Source of the DNA: Squalus acanthias
Lineage: Eukaryota
Assembly: GCA_030390025.1 (NCBI GenBank)
Contig: CM059432.1
Coordinates: forward strand, 1,860,001-1,924,000
Direction: 5' to 3'
DNA length: 64,000 nt
The notes beneath the pieces were generated by a model. That model made no database searches. It was not told the DNA's origin and worked only from the letters and a program-made list of their open reading frames with translations. Below are positions 52,173 to 64,000 of this stretch, one piece after another (the first letter of the stretch is position 1; every line of letters starts with the position of its first letter). Position numbers and translations under genes: made by a program.

Positions 52173-53709
52173 CCCTGCTGTCTGCCACAGGGAACGCCAT
52201 CGCAAGAATCCTCCTCAATCGCCTTCTCCCAGTGGCTGAAGAGCTCCTCCCAGATTCGCAATGTGGATTCCGTCCACTAAGGGGCACAATGGACATGATC
52301 TTCACCGCGCGTCAACTACAAGAGAAATGCAGAGAACAGCACCAACTGCTGTACATGGTCTTCTTTGATCTCACAAAGGCCTTCGACACCGTCAACCATG
52401 AGGGATTATGGAGTGTCCTCCGCAAATTCGGCTGGCCTCAAAAGTTTGTCACCATCCTCCGCCTGCTTCACGACAACATGCAAGCCATGATCCTGACCAA
52501 CGGATCCACCACAGACCCAATTCACGTACGGTCCGGGGTCAAGCAAGGATGTGTCATTGCACCAACGCTCTTCTCGATCTTCCTGGCTGCAATGCTCCAT
52601 CTCACCCTCAGTAAGCGCCCCGCTGGAGTGGAGCTAATCTACAGAACAAACGGGAAACTGTTCAACCTCCGTCGCTTCCAGTCCAGATCCAAGGTCGTCC
52701 CATCCTCTGTCATCGAATTACAGTATGCAGACGACGCTTGCGTCTGCGTACAATCTGAGGCCGAACTCCAAACCATCGTCAACACCTTCACTGAAACGTA
52801 CGAGAGCATGGGCCTTACACTAAACATCCGTAAGACAAAGGTCCTCTACCAACCTGCCACCGCCACACAGTATTGCTCCCCGATTATTAAAATCTACGAC
52901 GAGGCCTTGGACAACGTGGACCACTTTCCATACCTCGGGAGCCTACTGTCAACAAGGGCAGACGTCAATGACAAAGTCCAACACCGCCTTCAGTGTGCCA
53001 GTGCAGCCTTCGGTCGCCTGAGGAAGAGAGTGTTTGAAGACCAGGACCTCAAACCCGGCACTAAGCTCATGGTCTACAAAGCAGTAGTGATACCCGCCCT
53101 CCTGTATGCCTCAGAGACATGGACCATGTACAGCAGGCACCTCAAAGCACTGGAGAGGTACCACCAACGCAGCCTCCACAAGATCCTGCAAATCCATTGG
53201 CAGGATAGGTGCACCAACGTCAGTGTTCTCGCTCAGGCCAACATCCCCAGCATCAAAGCTTTGACCACGCTCGATCAGCTCCGATGGACGGGTCACATTG
53301 TCCGCATGCCCGATACGAGACTCCCAAAACAAGCGCTCTACTCGGAGCTCCGACACGGCAAGAGAGCCCTAGGTGGACAGAGGAAACGCTTCAAGGACAC
53401 CCTCAAAGCCTCCTTGAAAAAGTGCAACATCCCCACTGACACCTGGGAATCCCTGGCCCAAGACCACACAAAGGAAGGCGCCGAACACCTCGAGTCTCTT
53501 CACTGGAAGCAAGCGGAAGCCAAGCGCAAACAGCGGAAGGAGCGCACGTCAACCCAAGCACCCCACCCACCCGCCCCTTCAACCACCGTCTGCCCCACCT
53601 GTGACAGAGACTGTAGGTCCCGCATTGGACTCATCAGTCACCTGAGAACTCATTTTTAGTGTGGAAGCAAGTCATCCTCGGTTCCGAGGGACTGCCTAAG
53701 ACGACGAAG
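52173..53709 (+). mobile_element. RTE-clade (BovB-like) LINE, 5'-truncated, with an open RT ORF, inserted in a CR1 fragment (52030-54212)
   Basis: ORF to 53659: SQCGFR, RQLQEKCREQ, DLTKAFDTV, GVKQGCVIAPTLF, YADD, C-terminal C2H2 finger; TSD ATATTGGCCT (52163-52172, 53710-53719). Confidence 0.95.
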
Positions 53710-54396
53710 ATATTGGCCTTGGAAGGAGTGCAGCGCAGATTCACCAGAATGTTACCCCGGCCCCAAGAGTTAGATTATGAGGAGAGATTACATAAACTAG
53801 GCTTGTATTCTGTGGAATATAGAAGGTTAAGGAGCAATTTGATTGCGTTTTTTAGGATTTGGAAAGGAATGGGTAGGGTAGAGAGAGTGAGAGAAACTTG
53901 TTCTGCTGGTGGGGGAGTCCAGGACAAGAGGACATCACCTTAAAATCAGAGCCTGGCCATTCAGGAGAGAAGTTAAGAAACACTTCTTCACGCAAAGGGT
54001 GGTAGGAGTGAGGAACTCTCACCCACAAAGAGCAGTAGATGCTGGGGCTCAATTTATAATTTTAAATCTGAGATCGATAGATGTTTGCTCGACAAGAGTT
54101 TAACGGAATATGGAGCCAAGGCGGGTGGATGGAGTTAGGATACAGATTAGCCATGATGTCACTGAATGGCGGAACAGGCTCGAGGGGCTGAATGGCCTCC
54201 TCCTGTTCCTGTGAGTGGTGGGAGTTGGGAGTCCTGGTTGCCTGTAGCCATGGATGCTCAACGCCTTGTCCCAAACCCTGGACTGAGTAACATGCTCGGG
54301 GTGAGTACTGTCAGGCCTGCAAGGGAACACCACTGGTGCCCACCTTCATCTGCCAGCAAGAAAAGCGAAGCGTCTCCTGTATAGAAGTCATTCTTC

Positions 54397-54845
54397 AGTG
54401 TCAGCCGTGGCTCAGTGGGCAGCACTCTCACCTTGGAGTCAGTAACTCATGGGTTCAGAGTCCCACTCCAGAGGATTAAGCACATAAGCTAGGCTGACAC
54501 ACCAGTGCCAGTACTGAGGGAGTGCTGCACTGTTGGAGGTGGCGTCTTTCAGATGAGACGTTAAACTGATGCCCCGTCTGCTCTCTCAGGTGGATGTAAA
54601 AGATCACATGGCCACTATTTCGAAGAAGAGCAGGGGAGTTCTCCCCGGTGTCCTGGCAAATAGTTATCCCTCAATCAACATCACTAAAACAGATTATCTG
54701 GTTGTGGGAGCTTGCTGTGCGCAAACTGGCGTGCCACGTTTCCTACATTACAACAGTGACTACACTTCAAAAAGTACTTCATTGGCTGTAAAGCGCTTTG
54801 GGACGTCCTGAGGTTGCAAAGGGTGAAATATAAATGCAAGTCTTT
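54397..54845 (+). mobile_element. DeuSINE copy
   Basis: Head, body and tail match. Confidence 0.85.
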
Positions 54846-54974
54846 TTTTTTTATAGAAAGATGAAAGTCCCCTTTCCATCTGGCAATATCTGGGGCTTTT
54901 TTCCCAACTCCCAGTGGGGCGCACCAGTGCTGCTGAACCCCCTTTATGGGCGAAATTCTCAGGAACCTCTTTTT

Positions 54975-55530
54975 TTATTCATTCACGGGATGTGGGCATC
55001 GCTGGCAAGGCCAGCATTTATTGCCCATCCCCTAGTTGCCCTTGAGAAGGTGGTGGTGAGCCGCCTTCTTGAACCGCTGCAGTCCGTGTGGTGAAGGTGC
55101 TCCCACAGTGCTGTTAGGGAGGGAGTTCCAGGATTCTGACCCAGCGACGATGAAGGAACGGACGAGATTTTCCAAGTCAGGATGGTGTGTGACTTGGAGG
55201 GGAACTTGGAGGTGGTGGTGTTCCCATGCGCCTGCTGCCCTTGTCCTTCTAGGTGGTAGAGGTCGCGGGTTTGGGAGGTGCTGCCGAAGAAGCCTTGGCG
55301 AGTTGCTGCAGTGCATCTTGTAGATGGTACACACTGTAGCCACGGTGCGCCGGTGGTGGAGGGAGTGAATGTTTAAGGTGGTGGATGGGGTGCCAATCAA
55401 ACGGTCTGTTTGGTCCTGGATGGTGTCGAGCTTCTTGAGTGTTGTTGGAGCTGCACTCATCCAGGCAAGTGGAGAGTATTCCATCACACTCCTTACTTGT
55501 GCCTTGTAGATGGTGGAAAGGTTTTGGGGA
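54975..55530 (-). mobile_element. 3' fragment of the second CR1-group LINE family
   Basis: ORF 55032-55487, similar to 43168-43730. Confidence 0.85.
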
Positions 55531-55704
55531 AGAGGTGGAACCTCTTTGAAGACCTGTCAATGGCCCTCTCCTATTGGAAAATAGCTGGAACTAAAATTTG
55601 GACAAGACGAGGGACAACCTCGCTCCACATCAGTTGCAATTTTGCCCTGTCCAAAAGTTCAGGTTGTTAATATTGAAAAACATCTCTTTATACAAGAGCT
55701 TTAC

Positions 55705-57932
55705 TAGATTGAGGAGATTTACCAGAATGGTAGCAGGGATGAGGGACTTCAGTTATTTGGAGAGACTAGAGAAGCTGGGATCGTTCTCCTTAGAGCAGAG
55801 AAGGCTATGGGGACATTTAATAGAGATGTTCAAAATTATGAAGGGTTTTGATAGAGTAAATAAGGAGAAATTGTTTCCACTGGCAGAAGGGTTGGTAACC
55901 AGAGGACACAGATTTAAGGTAATTGGCAAAAGAACCATAGGAGAGATGAAGAGAATTTTTTTTACGCAGTGAGTTGTGATCTGGAACGCGCTGCCTGAAG
56001 GGTCGGTGGAAGCAGATTCAATAGTAACTTTCAAAAGGGAATTGGATAAATACTTGAGAAGGAAAAAAATTTGCAGGGCTGTGGGGAAAGAGCAGGGGGA
56101 GCGGGACAAATTGGCTAGCTCTATCAAAGAGCCGGCACAGGCACGATGGGCATTATATTGGCCAAGAGCTATAATAAGAGCAGAGATACATCCGTCAAAT
56201 AAATGATTGTTTTTGGTTTCAAGCATGCAATAAACATTGGGCTGTCTCTCTGTTACTGTGGCGCCCTAGCTGTAGGCCCTGCATCTTGCGAGCACAGTTC
56301 GCGGTTGATATTATGGGCTACTTACTGTCGGATCATAGGAACAGGAGGAGGCCATTCAGCCCCTCGAGCCTGTTCTGCCATTCAATTAGATCATGGCTGA
56401 TCCATACCTCAACTTCATTTACCCACCTTGGTTCCGTAACCCTTAATACCCTTACCCAACAAAAATCTATTAATCTCGGGTTTGAAATTTTCAATTGACC
56501 CCCCAGCCTCAACAGCTGTTTGGGGGGAGAGAGTTCCAGATTTCCACTACCCTTTGTGTGAAGAAGTGCTTCCTGTCATCACCCCTGAACAGCGTGGCTC
56601 TAATTTTAAGGTTCTGCCCCCTTGTCCTGGACTGAGGAAATAGTTTTGCTCTATCTACCCTATCAACTCCTTTAATCATCTTAATGATCTTAAACACCTC
56701 AGTTCGATCACCCCTAATCTTCTATACTCGAGGGAATACAAGCCTAGTCTACCCCAGAGGGCTGTGGAGGCTCAGTCATTGGGTATATTCAAGACAGAAG
56801 TCGATAGATTTCTGACTAGTGAAGGACATCAAGGGATATGGCGATAGGGCCGGTGAATGGAGTGGAGGCAGAAGATCAGTCATGATCTCATTGAATGGCG
56901 GCGCAGGCTCGAAGGGCCGAATGGCCGACTCCTGCTCCTATTTCTTATGTTCTTATGCAACCTGTCCTCATAATTTAACCCTTTTATCCCCGGTATCATT
57001 CTGGTGAATCTGCGCTGCACCCCCTCCAAGGCCGATATCTCCTTCCCGAGGTGCGGGGCCCAGAACTGAGCACAGTTACTCCGGATGGGGTCTGAGCAGA
57101 GCTGTAACTGCAGTGCAGTCTACACTCTCCCTCCCTCTTCCACGCTGTGGTGGAACGGAAGAACGATCCTCCCTGCCCGCTCTCCGCAAAGACTAATTTG
57201 CCACCCAAACATCTGCAAAGTCAGAGGACGTGTGGGTCACTTTATTGGTAGTTCACTTCCGTTAGCATCGAACTCCCCAAATGCTAGTTGCTTTTTTTTT
57301 AAAAATAGAGAAGCAGATGGTTCCCCTGCCCAGAACCATCACTACATGTGATCAACCACATTTAATAAATGGATGCTAACACAGTCAAACTGGTTTGATT
57401 TGTTCAAGGCCGAGGGGTGACCTAATAGATGTCTTATGAAGGGGTTCGATAGGGTAGACGAAGAGAAGATGTTTCCAGTTTTTGGGGGAGTCCAAAACTA
57501 GGGGCCATAAATACACGATAGTCACTAATAATTCCAGCCCATTGAGTCGCTAAAGGCACAATGGGCTGGCTGACCTCCTTCTGTGCTGTACCATTGTGGA
57601 TACAGAGAGAATGTTTCCACTTGTGGGGAAGAGCATAACTAGAGGCCATCAATATAAGATAGTCACCAAGAAATCAGATAGGCAATTCGGAAGAAACTTC
57701 TTTACCCAGAGAGTGGTGAGAATGTGGAACTCGCTCCCACAGGGAGTGGTTGAGGCGAATAGTATAGATGCATTTAAGGGGAAGCTAGATAAGCACATGA
57801 GGGAGAAAGGAATAGAAGGATATGCTGATAGGGTGAGATGGAGTAGGGTGGGAGGAGACTCGAGTGGGGCATAAACACCGCCACAGACCAGTTGGGCCGA
57901 ATGGCCTGTTTCCGTGCTATAAAATTCCATGT
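55705..57932. mobile_element. Cluster of CR1 3' fragments (55705-56150 +; 56333-57112 - with nested 56750-56957 +; 57411-57530 +; 57596-57932 +)
   Basis: CR1 RT C-terminal motifs in ORFs 55598-55972, 56509-56697 and 57596-57874. Confidence 0.8.
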
Positions 57933-58087
57933 AAAACTCACCTTATTAGACACTGAATACAATTCAGAAATACTCCTGTCCTAGATCTGTGCACATTTTC
58001 CAGTAGTGAATCTACCAGAAATGGCTATGGATTATCTCAATCACCTAAAATATAGTTTGTGGAGTTTATAATATAGTTTACAATATA

Positions 58088-58522
58088 GTGTCGGCTGTGG
58101 CTCAGTGGGTAGCACTCTCTCCTCTGAGTCAGAAGGTTGTGGGTTCATGTCCCGCTCCAGGGACTTGAGTACAAAAATCCAGGCTGACACTCCCAGTGCA
58201 GTGCCGAGGGAAATGCTGCACTGTCGGAGGTGCCGTCTTTCGGATGAGACATTAAACCGAGGCCCCGTCTGCCCTCTCAAGTGGATGTAAAAGATCCCAC
58301 GGTGCTATTCTGAAGAAGAGCAGCAGGCAGTCCCTGGCCAATATTTAGCCCTTAATCAACATCACTAAAACAGATTATCTGGTCATTATCACATTGCTGA
58401 TTGTGGGAGCTTGCTGTGCGCAAATTGGCTGCTGCGTTTCAAAAATTACTTCATTAGTTGTAAAGCGCTTTGGGACGTCCTGAGGTCATGAAAGATGCTG
58501 TAGAAATGCAAGTCTTTCTTTC
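58088..58522 (+). mobile_element. DeuSINE copy
   Basis: Head, body and tail match. Confidence 0.85.
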
Positions 58523-58547
58523 CTATAAAGCCCCCTCCTCTTGTCAT

Positions 58548-58990
58548 TCACATAGAATGGTTACAGCACGGAAGGAGGCCATTCGGCCCGTCGAGCCCGT
58601 GCCGGCTCTCTGCAAGAACACTTCAGCCAGTCCCACTCCCCCGCCCTTTCCCCGTAGCCCTGCCAATTTTTTTCCTTCAGGTACTTATCCAACTCCCTTC
58701 TGAAAGCCACAATTGAGTCTGCCTCCACCACCCTTTCAGGCAGCGCATTCCAGATCATAACCACTCGCTGCGTAAAAAAGTTTTTCCTCATGTCGCCTTT
58801 GGTTCTTTTGCCAATCACCTTAAATCTGTATCCTCTGGTTCTCGACCCTTCCGCCAATGGGAACAGTTTCTCTCTATCTACTCTGTCCAGACCCCTCATG
58901 ATTTTGAACACCTCCATCAAATCTCCTCTCAACCTGCTCTGCTCCAAGGAGAACAACCCCAGCTTCTCCAGTCTATCCACGTAACTGAAG
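58548..58990 (-). mobile_element. CR1 LINE 3' fragment
   Basis: ORF 58561-58980. Confidence 0.88.
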
Positions 58991-59754
58991 TGTGAAACTG
59001 AAGATTCTGACTCTTTCTAGCCATTCTTCACAACTTAGTCCTCTGGCACTTAGAGCCAAGCTCACCACCCTTGTTGCACTGTCTGTAAATGTTTCCCGAA
59101 TGCCTTGGCGACCAGAACTGAACACATTGCTCAAGGTGGTGGCCATACCACAAAACTGCAGAGTTGCAGCTAGACAGCCTCAGACTTGTATTCTCCTGAT
59201 AGGACAATATAGCTCAGCATTCTGTAAGCTTTATTGATTAGCACTCCGCAATGACTTGACACGCTAAATGTACTGCCATGCACAGATCTTTTCTGCTCTC
59301 TCCTCCAGCTGGTTCAGCACCAATCACTGAGTAATTGCTCCGCCCCATTCTTTCTCCCAATGTGTGATACTTGGAACTGATTTGCATTGAAGGTTTTCTG
59401 GGTCCTTTATACTGCAGCTTGGGTCTAGACGCTTGTAATAGTTCATTTTCAGCGCCAGAGAGGTTGATTGGCAGTCACTAACACTTATCACGTCGTTAAA
59501 AGGGGTACTTACGCTTTTGATGAGGAGACTTAACTTCTTGCGGCAAGTATAGTTCGTAGCTATCGGGCGAATACGGCGGCTCCACGCCACTCGATGGTGA
59601 GCCAGACAGCGAGACGCCGTTTTTCCCAAAGCTCGGACAGCGACCTTTGGATTTCTGCATTTAACCGCGCATCTCTGCCCCTCGTCTAAAGCTGCTGTAC
59701 CGTTTGCGCATAAATAACGGCGAGCGCCATTCGCCTCACCTCATTGAAACATAC

Positions 59755-60739
59755 AAGATTCTGAGGGGGATTGAAGATTCTGAGGGGATTGAAGATTCTG
59801 AGGGGGATTGAAGAGTCTGAGGGGGATTAAAGATTCTGAGGGGGAGTGAAGATTCTGAGGGGGAGTGAAGAGTCTGAGGGGGATTGAAGATTCTGAGGGG
59901 ATTGAAGATTCTGAGGGGGATTGAAGAGTCTGAGGGAGATTGAAGATTCTGAGGGGGATTGAAGATTCTGAGGGAGATTGAAGATTCTGAGGGGGATTGA
60001 AGATTCTGAGGGGGATTGAAGATTCTGAGGGGGATTGAAGAGTCTGAGGGGGATTGAAGATTCTGAGGGGGATTGAAGATTCTGAGGGGGATTGAAGAGT
60101 CTGAGGGGGATTGAAGAGTCTGAGGGGGATTGAAGATTCTGAGGGGATTGAAGATTCTGAGGGGAGTGAAGATTCTGAGGGGGATTGAAGATTCTGAGGG
60201 GGATTGAAGATTCTGAGGGGGAGTGAAGATTCTGAGGGGGATTGAAGATTCTGAGGGGGAGTGAAGATTCTGAGGGGGATTGAAGATTCTGAGGGGGAGT
60301 GAAGATTCTGAGGGGGATTGAAGATTCTGAGGGGGATTGAAGAGTCTGAGGGGGATTGAAGAGTCTGAGGGGGATTGAAGATTCTGAGGGGGATTGAAGA
60401 GTCTGAGGGGGATTGAAGATTCTGAGGGGGATTGAAGATTCTGAGGGGGATTGAAGATTCTGAGGAGGATTGAAGATTCTGAGGAGGATTGAAGATTCTG
60501 AGGGGGATTGAAGATTCTGAGGGGGAGTGAAGAGTCTGAGGGGGATTGAAAATTCTGAGGAGGATTAAAGATTCTGAGGGGGATTGAAGATTCTGAGGGG
60601 GATTGAAGATTTTGAGGGGGAGTGAAGAGTCTGAGGGGGATTGAAGATTCTGAGGGGGAGTGAAGATTCTGAGGGGGAGTGAAGAGTCTGAGGGGGATTG
60701 AAGAGTCTGAGGGGGATTGAAGAGTCTGAGGGGGATTGA
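59755..60739 (+). repeat. 19-bp minisatellite (about 52 copies) expanded inside a CR1 3' fragment (59736-61700)
   Basis: Unit AAGATTCTGAGGGGGATTG, lying between ...gaaacatac and ...acagggtagatgctgagagg of CR1. Confidence 0.95.
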
Positions 60740-60839
60740 CAGGGTAGATGCTGAGAGGTTGTTTCCACTGGCTGGAGAGTCTAGAACTAGGGGGCATAGT
60801 CTCAGGATAAGTGGTCGGCCATTTAAGACCGAGATGAGG

Positions 60840-61443
60840 TATTGAGTACAAAAGTAGAGAAGTTATGCTGAACCTTTATAAAGCGCTGGTTAGGCCACAA
60901 CTGGAGTATTGCGTCCAGTTCTGGTCACCACACTTTTGGAAGGATGTGAAGGCCCTTGAGAGGGTGCAGAGGAGATTTACCAGAATGGTTCCGGGGATGG
61001 GGGATCTGAGCTGCAAGGACAGGTTGGAGAAGCTGGATTTGTTTTCATTAGAGCAAAGGATGTTGAGGGGTGATTTGATAGAGGTGTACAAGATTATGAC
61101 GGGTTTGGATAGGCTAGATGGGGAAAGGCTGTCCCCACTTGTTAATGGTAGGACTAGGGGACACAGATTTAAGGTTTTGGGCAAGAGATACAGGGGGGAT
61201 GTGAGGAAAAACTTTTTTACGCAGCGAGTGGTGAGGACCTGGAACTCGCTGCCGACGGAAGTGGTGGAAGTGGAGACACTCAATGTTTTCAAGGGGAGAC
61301 TGGATAGGCACTTGAGGGAAATAAACTTGCAGGGCTACGGGGATAGAGCGGGGGAATGGGACTGACTGGATTGCTCGACACAGAGCCGGCACGGACTCGA
61401 TGTGCCAAATGGCCTCCTTCTGTGCCGTTATGACTCTACGACT
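60840..61443 (+). mobile_element. CR1 3' fragment nested in another CR1
   Basis: ORF 60865-61365; TSD ATGAGG (60834-60839, 61444-61449). Confidence 0.88.
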
Positions 61444-62169
61444 ATGAGGAGGAATTTCTTCACTCAGAGGGTTGTGAACCTTTGGAATTCTCTATCCCAG
61501 AGGGCTGTGAATGCTGAGTCATTGAGTATATTCAAAGCTGAGATAGATAGATTTTTGGACTCTAGGGGAATCAAGGGATATGGAGATCAGGCGGGAAAGT
61601 GAAATTGAGGTTGATGATCAGCCATGATCTTATTGATTGGCGGAGCAGGCTCGAGGGGCCGTATGGCCGACTCCTGCTCCCAATTCTTATTTTCTTATAT
61701 TAATTTGACAGCAAAATCTGGCCCATTGTGATCAGGATTATGAACGCCTGCCAAAATGTGGGATGGGACGGAGAGAATTTCTCCTCCCGATCTTTAAACA
61801 AAAGTAGTACAGTACCGGCTGCAATTTTCAAGTTGGTTCCACGACTTATTTGCCCCATAGATTATATCAATTCACACGCGTGAAGCCAAGTGTCATTAGC
61901 AAGACCGTCGGGGCAATACATCACCTCTATCGCTCTCAAATTCAGCCAGTGTTACTGCTCTAGTGAAAGCAGCCACGCGCGAGAGTAGAGGCCACTCAAA
62001 ATGCCATTGCTAATTCCGCGCAGAAAGACAAATTCACAATTACAGAAAGTAAATAGATGAAGCAAAATAATGCACGATGGGATTGGCCATTAACGAGTGG
62101 ACTAGATCGCGTCCTGTAACAGTGCTTGAAGACAAAAATCCCGAGCGAGGGAAATTTAAAAAAAAATTA

Positions 62170-62507
62170 GGGCAGATAGAGAGAAACTATTTCCTCTGGT
62201 GGGGGGAGTCCAGAACAAAGGGGGCAGAACCTTAAAATTAGAGCCAGGCCATTCAGGGGTGATGTCAGGAAGCACTTCTTCACACAAAGGGTAGTGGAAA
62301 TCTGGAACTCTGGCCCACAAAAAGCTGTTGAGGCTGGGGGTCAACTGAAAATGTCAAAACTGAGATCGATAGATTTTTGTTGGGTAAGGGTATTAAGGGT
62401 TACGGAACCAAGGCGGGTAGATGGAGCTAAGATACAGGTCAGCCATGATCTCATTGAATGGCGGAACAGGCTCGAGGGGCTGAATGGCCTCCTCCTGCTC
62501 CTATGTT
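62170..62507 (+). mobile_element. CR1 LINE 3' fragment
   Basis: Same family as 22262-22695. Confidence 0.8.
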
Positions 62508-62867
62508 CCGACCCTCTTTGAAATTGAATCACTAAGGAGCAATGCTCTGAATGTGAACAGAACTATCCCATGCAAGAAATAAACCCGATTACAACGTATG
62601 GATAGAAGTCCTTAATTTCCTTCAATTCCTGAGAAGGGAAGTCGATAATATTCTAATCTACTTTCAGATCCCAAACAGTCTAATCTATTTTATTTATAGT
62701 TCAACTGACACACTGGTCAATTCGTCCTTTTTTTTAAAAGATCAATTTGAGAATCTAAATCATTCTATAAACGTTATGACCATTTTCTGGAGAATAAAGC
62801 CAAGGTTTAGTGACCATTTGCAGTAACTTGGCCAGACAATCACACACACAAAATAGAGGCTGGAACC

Positions 62868-63768
62868 TCTTTCGGATGAGACGTTAAACCGAGGCCCCGT
62901 CTGCCCTCTCAGGTGGACGCAAAAGATCCCACGGCCACTATTTCGAAGAAGAGCAGGGGGAGTTCTCCCCGGTGTCCTGGCCAATATTTATCCCGAAACC
63001 ACTGTCACGAAAATAAGATTATCTGGTCACTGTCTCAATGCTGTTTGTGGGAGCTTGCTGAGTGCAATTTGGCTGCCACGTTTCCGACATTAGAGCATAA
63101 GAATTAGGAGCAGGAGTCGGCCACACGGCCCCTCGAGCCTGCTCCGCCATTCAATAAGATCATGGCTGATCTTCGACCTCAACTCCACTTTCCTGCACAT
63201 ACCCCTTGATTCCCTTAGTAACCAAAAATCTATCGATCTCTGTCTTGAATATACTCGGTTATAGTCCAACAGCTTTATTTGAAATCACAAGCTTTCGGAG
63301 CGCTGCTCCTTCACCTGACGAAGGAGCAGCGCTCCGAAAGCTTGTGATTTCAAATAAAGCTGTTGGACTATAACCTGGTGTTGTGCGACTTCTCACATTT
63401 GTCCACCCCAGTCCAACACCGGCATCTCCACATCTTGAATATACTCAACGACTGAGCCTCCACAGCCCTCTGGGGCAGAGAATTCCAAAGATTCACCACC
63501 CTCTGAGTGAAGAAATTTCTCCTCATCTCAGTCTTAAATGGCCGACCCCTTATCCTGAGACTGTGACCCCTGGTTCTAGACTCCCCAGCCAGGGGAAACA
63601 TCCTCCCTGCATCTACCCTGTCAAGCCCTCTCAGAATTTTGTATGTTTCAATGAGAGTTTCAATTACAACAGCGATTACACCTCAAAACTAAAATACTTC
63701 ATTGGCTGTAAAAGCCCTTTGGGACGTCCTGAGGTGGTGAAAGGCGCTATAGAAAGGCAAGTTCCTTC
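62868..63768. mobile_element. DeuSINE (+) split by a CR1 (-) 3' fragment (about 63095-63655), which is itself split by a hammerhead element
   Basis: SINE body 62868-63090 resumes attacaacagcgattacac at about 63663; ORF 63368-63601. Confidence 0.8.
63257..63432 (+). mobile_element. Penelope-like hammerhead-ribozyme element with a 5' inverted duplication
   Basis: 14-bp TSD TCTTGAATATACTC (63243-63256, 63433-63446); HHR core CTGACGA 63315-63321 ... GAAA 63336-63339; perfect 56-bp inverted repeat. Confidence 0.8.
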
Positions 63769-64000
63769 TGTTTATATCCTGATTATAATCCTTTGCCCAG
63801 CGAGCTCTCACTACACCCAGTTAATGTAAAGCAAATCTCTCTCTCCACGCCGATGCTTGTGACACATGCGAGCGTGCATTGAAAGCTTTATCTTGCAATA
63901 GGCGGAGGCACATTGCTCCGACTGCTATCAGCAGTCTGCTTCTTCTGTCAGCTGATAGCGAGAAGTTAAAGTGGGTCTTTCCAAACGATTTGACTGCATT

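Noticed and set aside
59736..60851. 371-aa Pro/Ser-rich ORF
   Set aside because: Antisense translation of the 19-bp minisatellite.

Overview
Vertebrate genomic DNA, most likely from a shark or other cartilaginous fish, judging by the repeat families (DeuSINE/SacSINE1-type SINEs, abundant CR1, L2 and RTE LINEs, Penelope-like pieces). The only host-gene sequence I can support is one 132-bp internal coding exon on the minus strand (13957-14088) from the C-terminal zinc-finger region of a ZNF521/ZNF423-family gene, more ZNF521-like. The rest appears intronic and mostly consists of nested transposon fragments: many 5'-truncated CR1 LINEs (three with long RT ORFs), L2 3' ends, an RTE LINE, a second CR1-group LINE, about 14 DeuSINE copies, and non-autonomous DNA transposons (Harbinger-, pogo/Tigger- and hAT-like). 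Four observations stand out. (1) A short hammerhead-ribozyme-bearing Penelope-like element is inserted twice at the same site of the CR1 3' end, once with a perfect 56-bp fold-back. (2) Harbinger-like MITEs appear to keep both inward-facing promoters and start codons. (3) A 33-bp minisatellite has expanded at the same position in four SINE copies. (4) A 76-bp non-repeat segment is duplicated in inverted orientation 13 kb apart, directly behind CR1 tails. Repeat family names come from recognising motifs by eye, and boundaries without TSDs are approximate.
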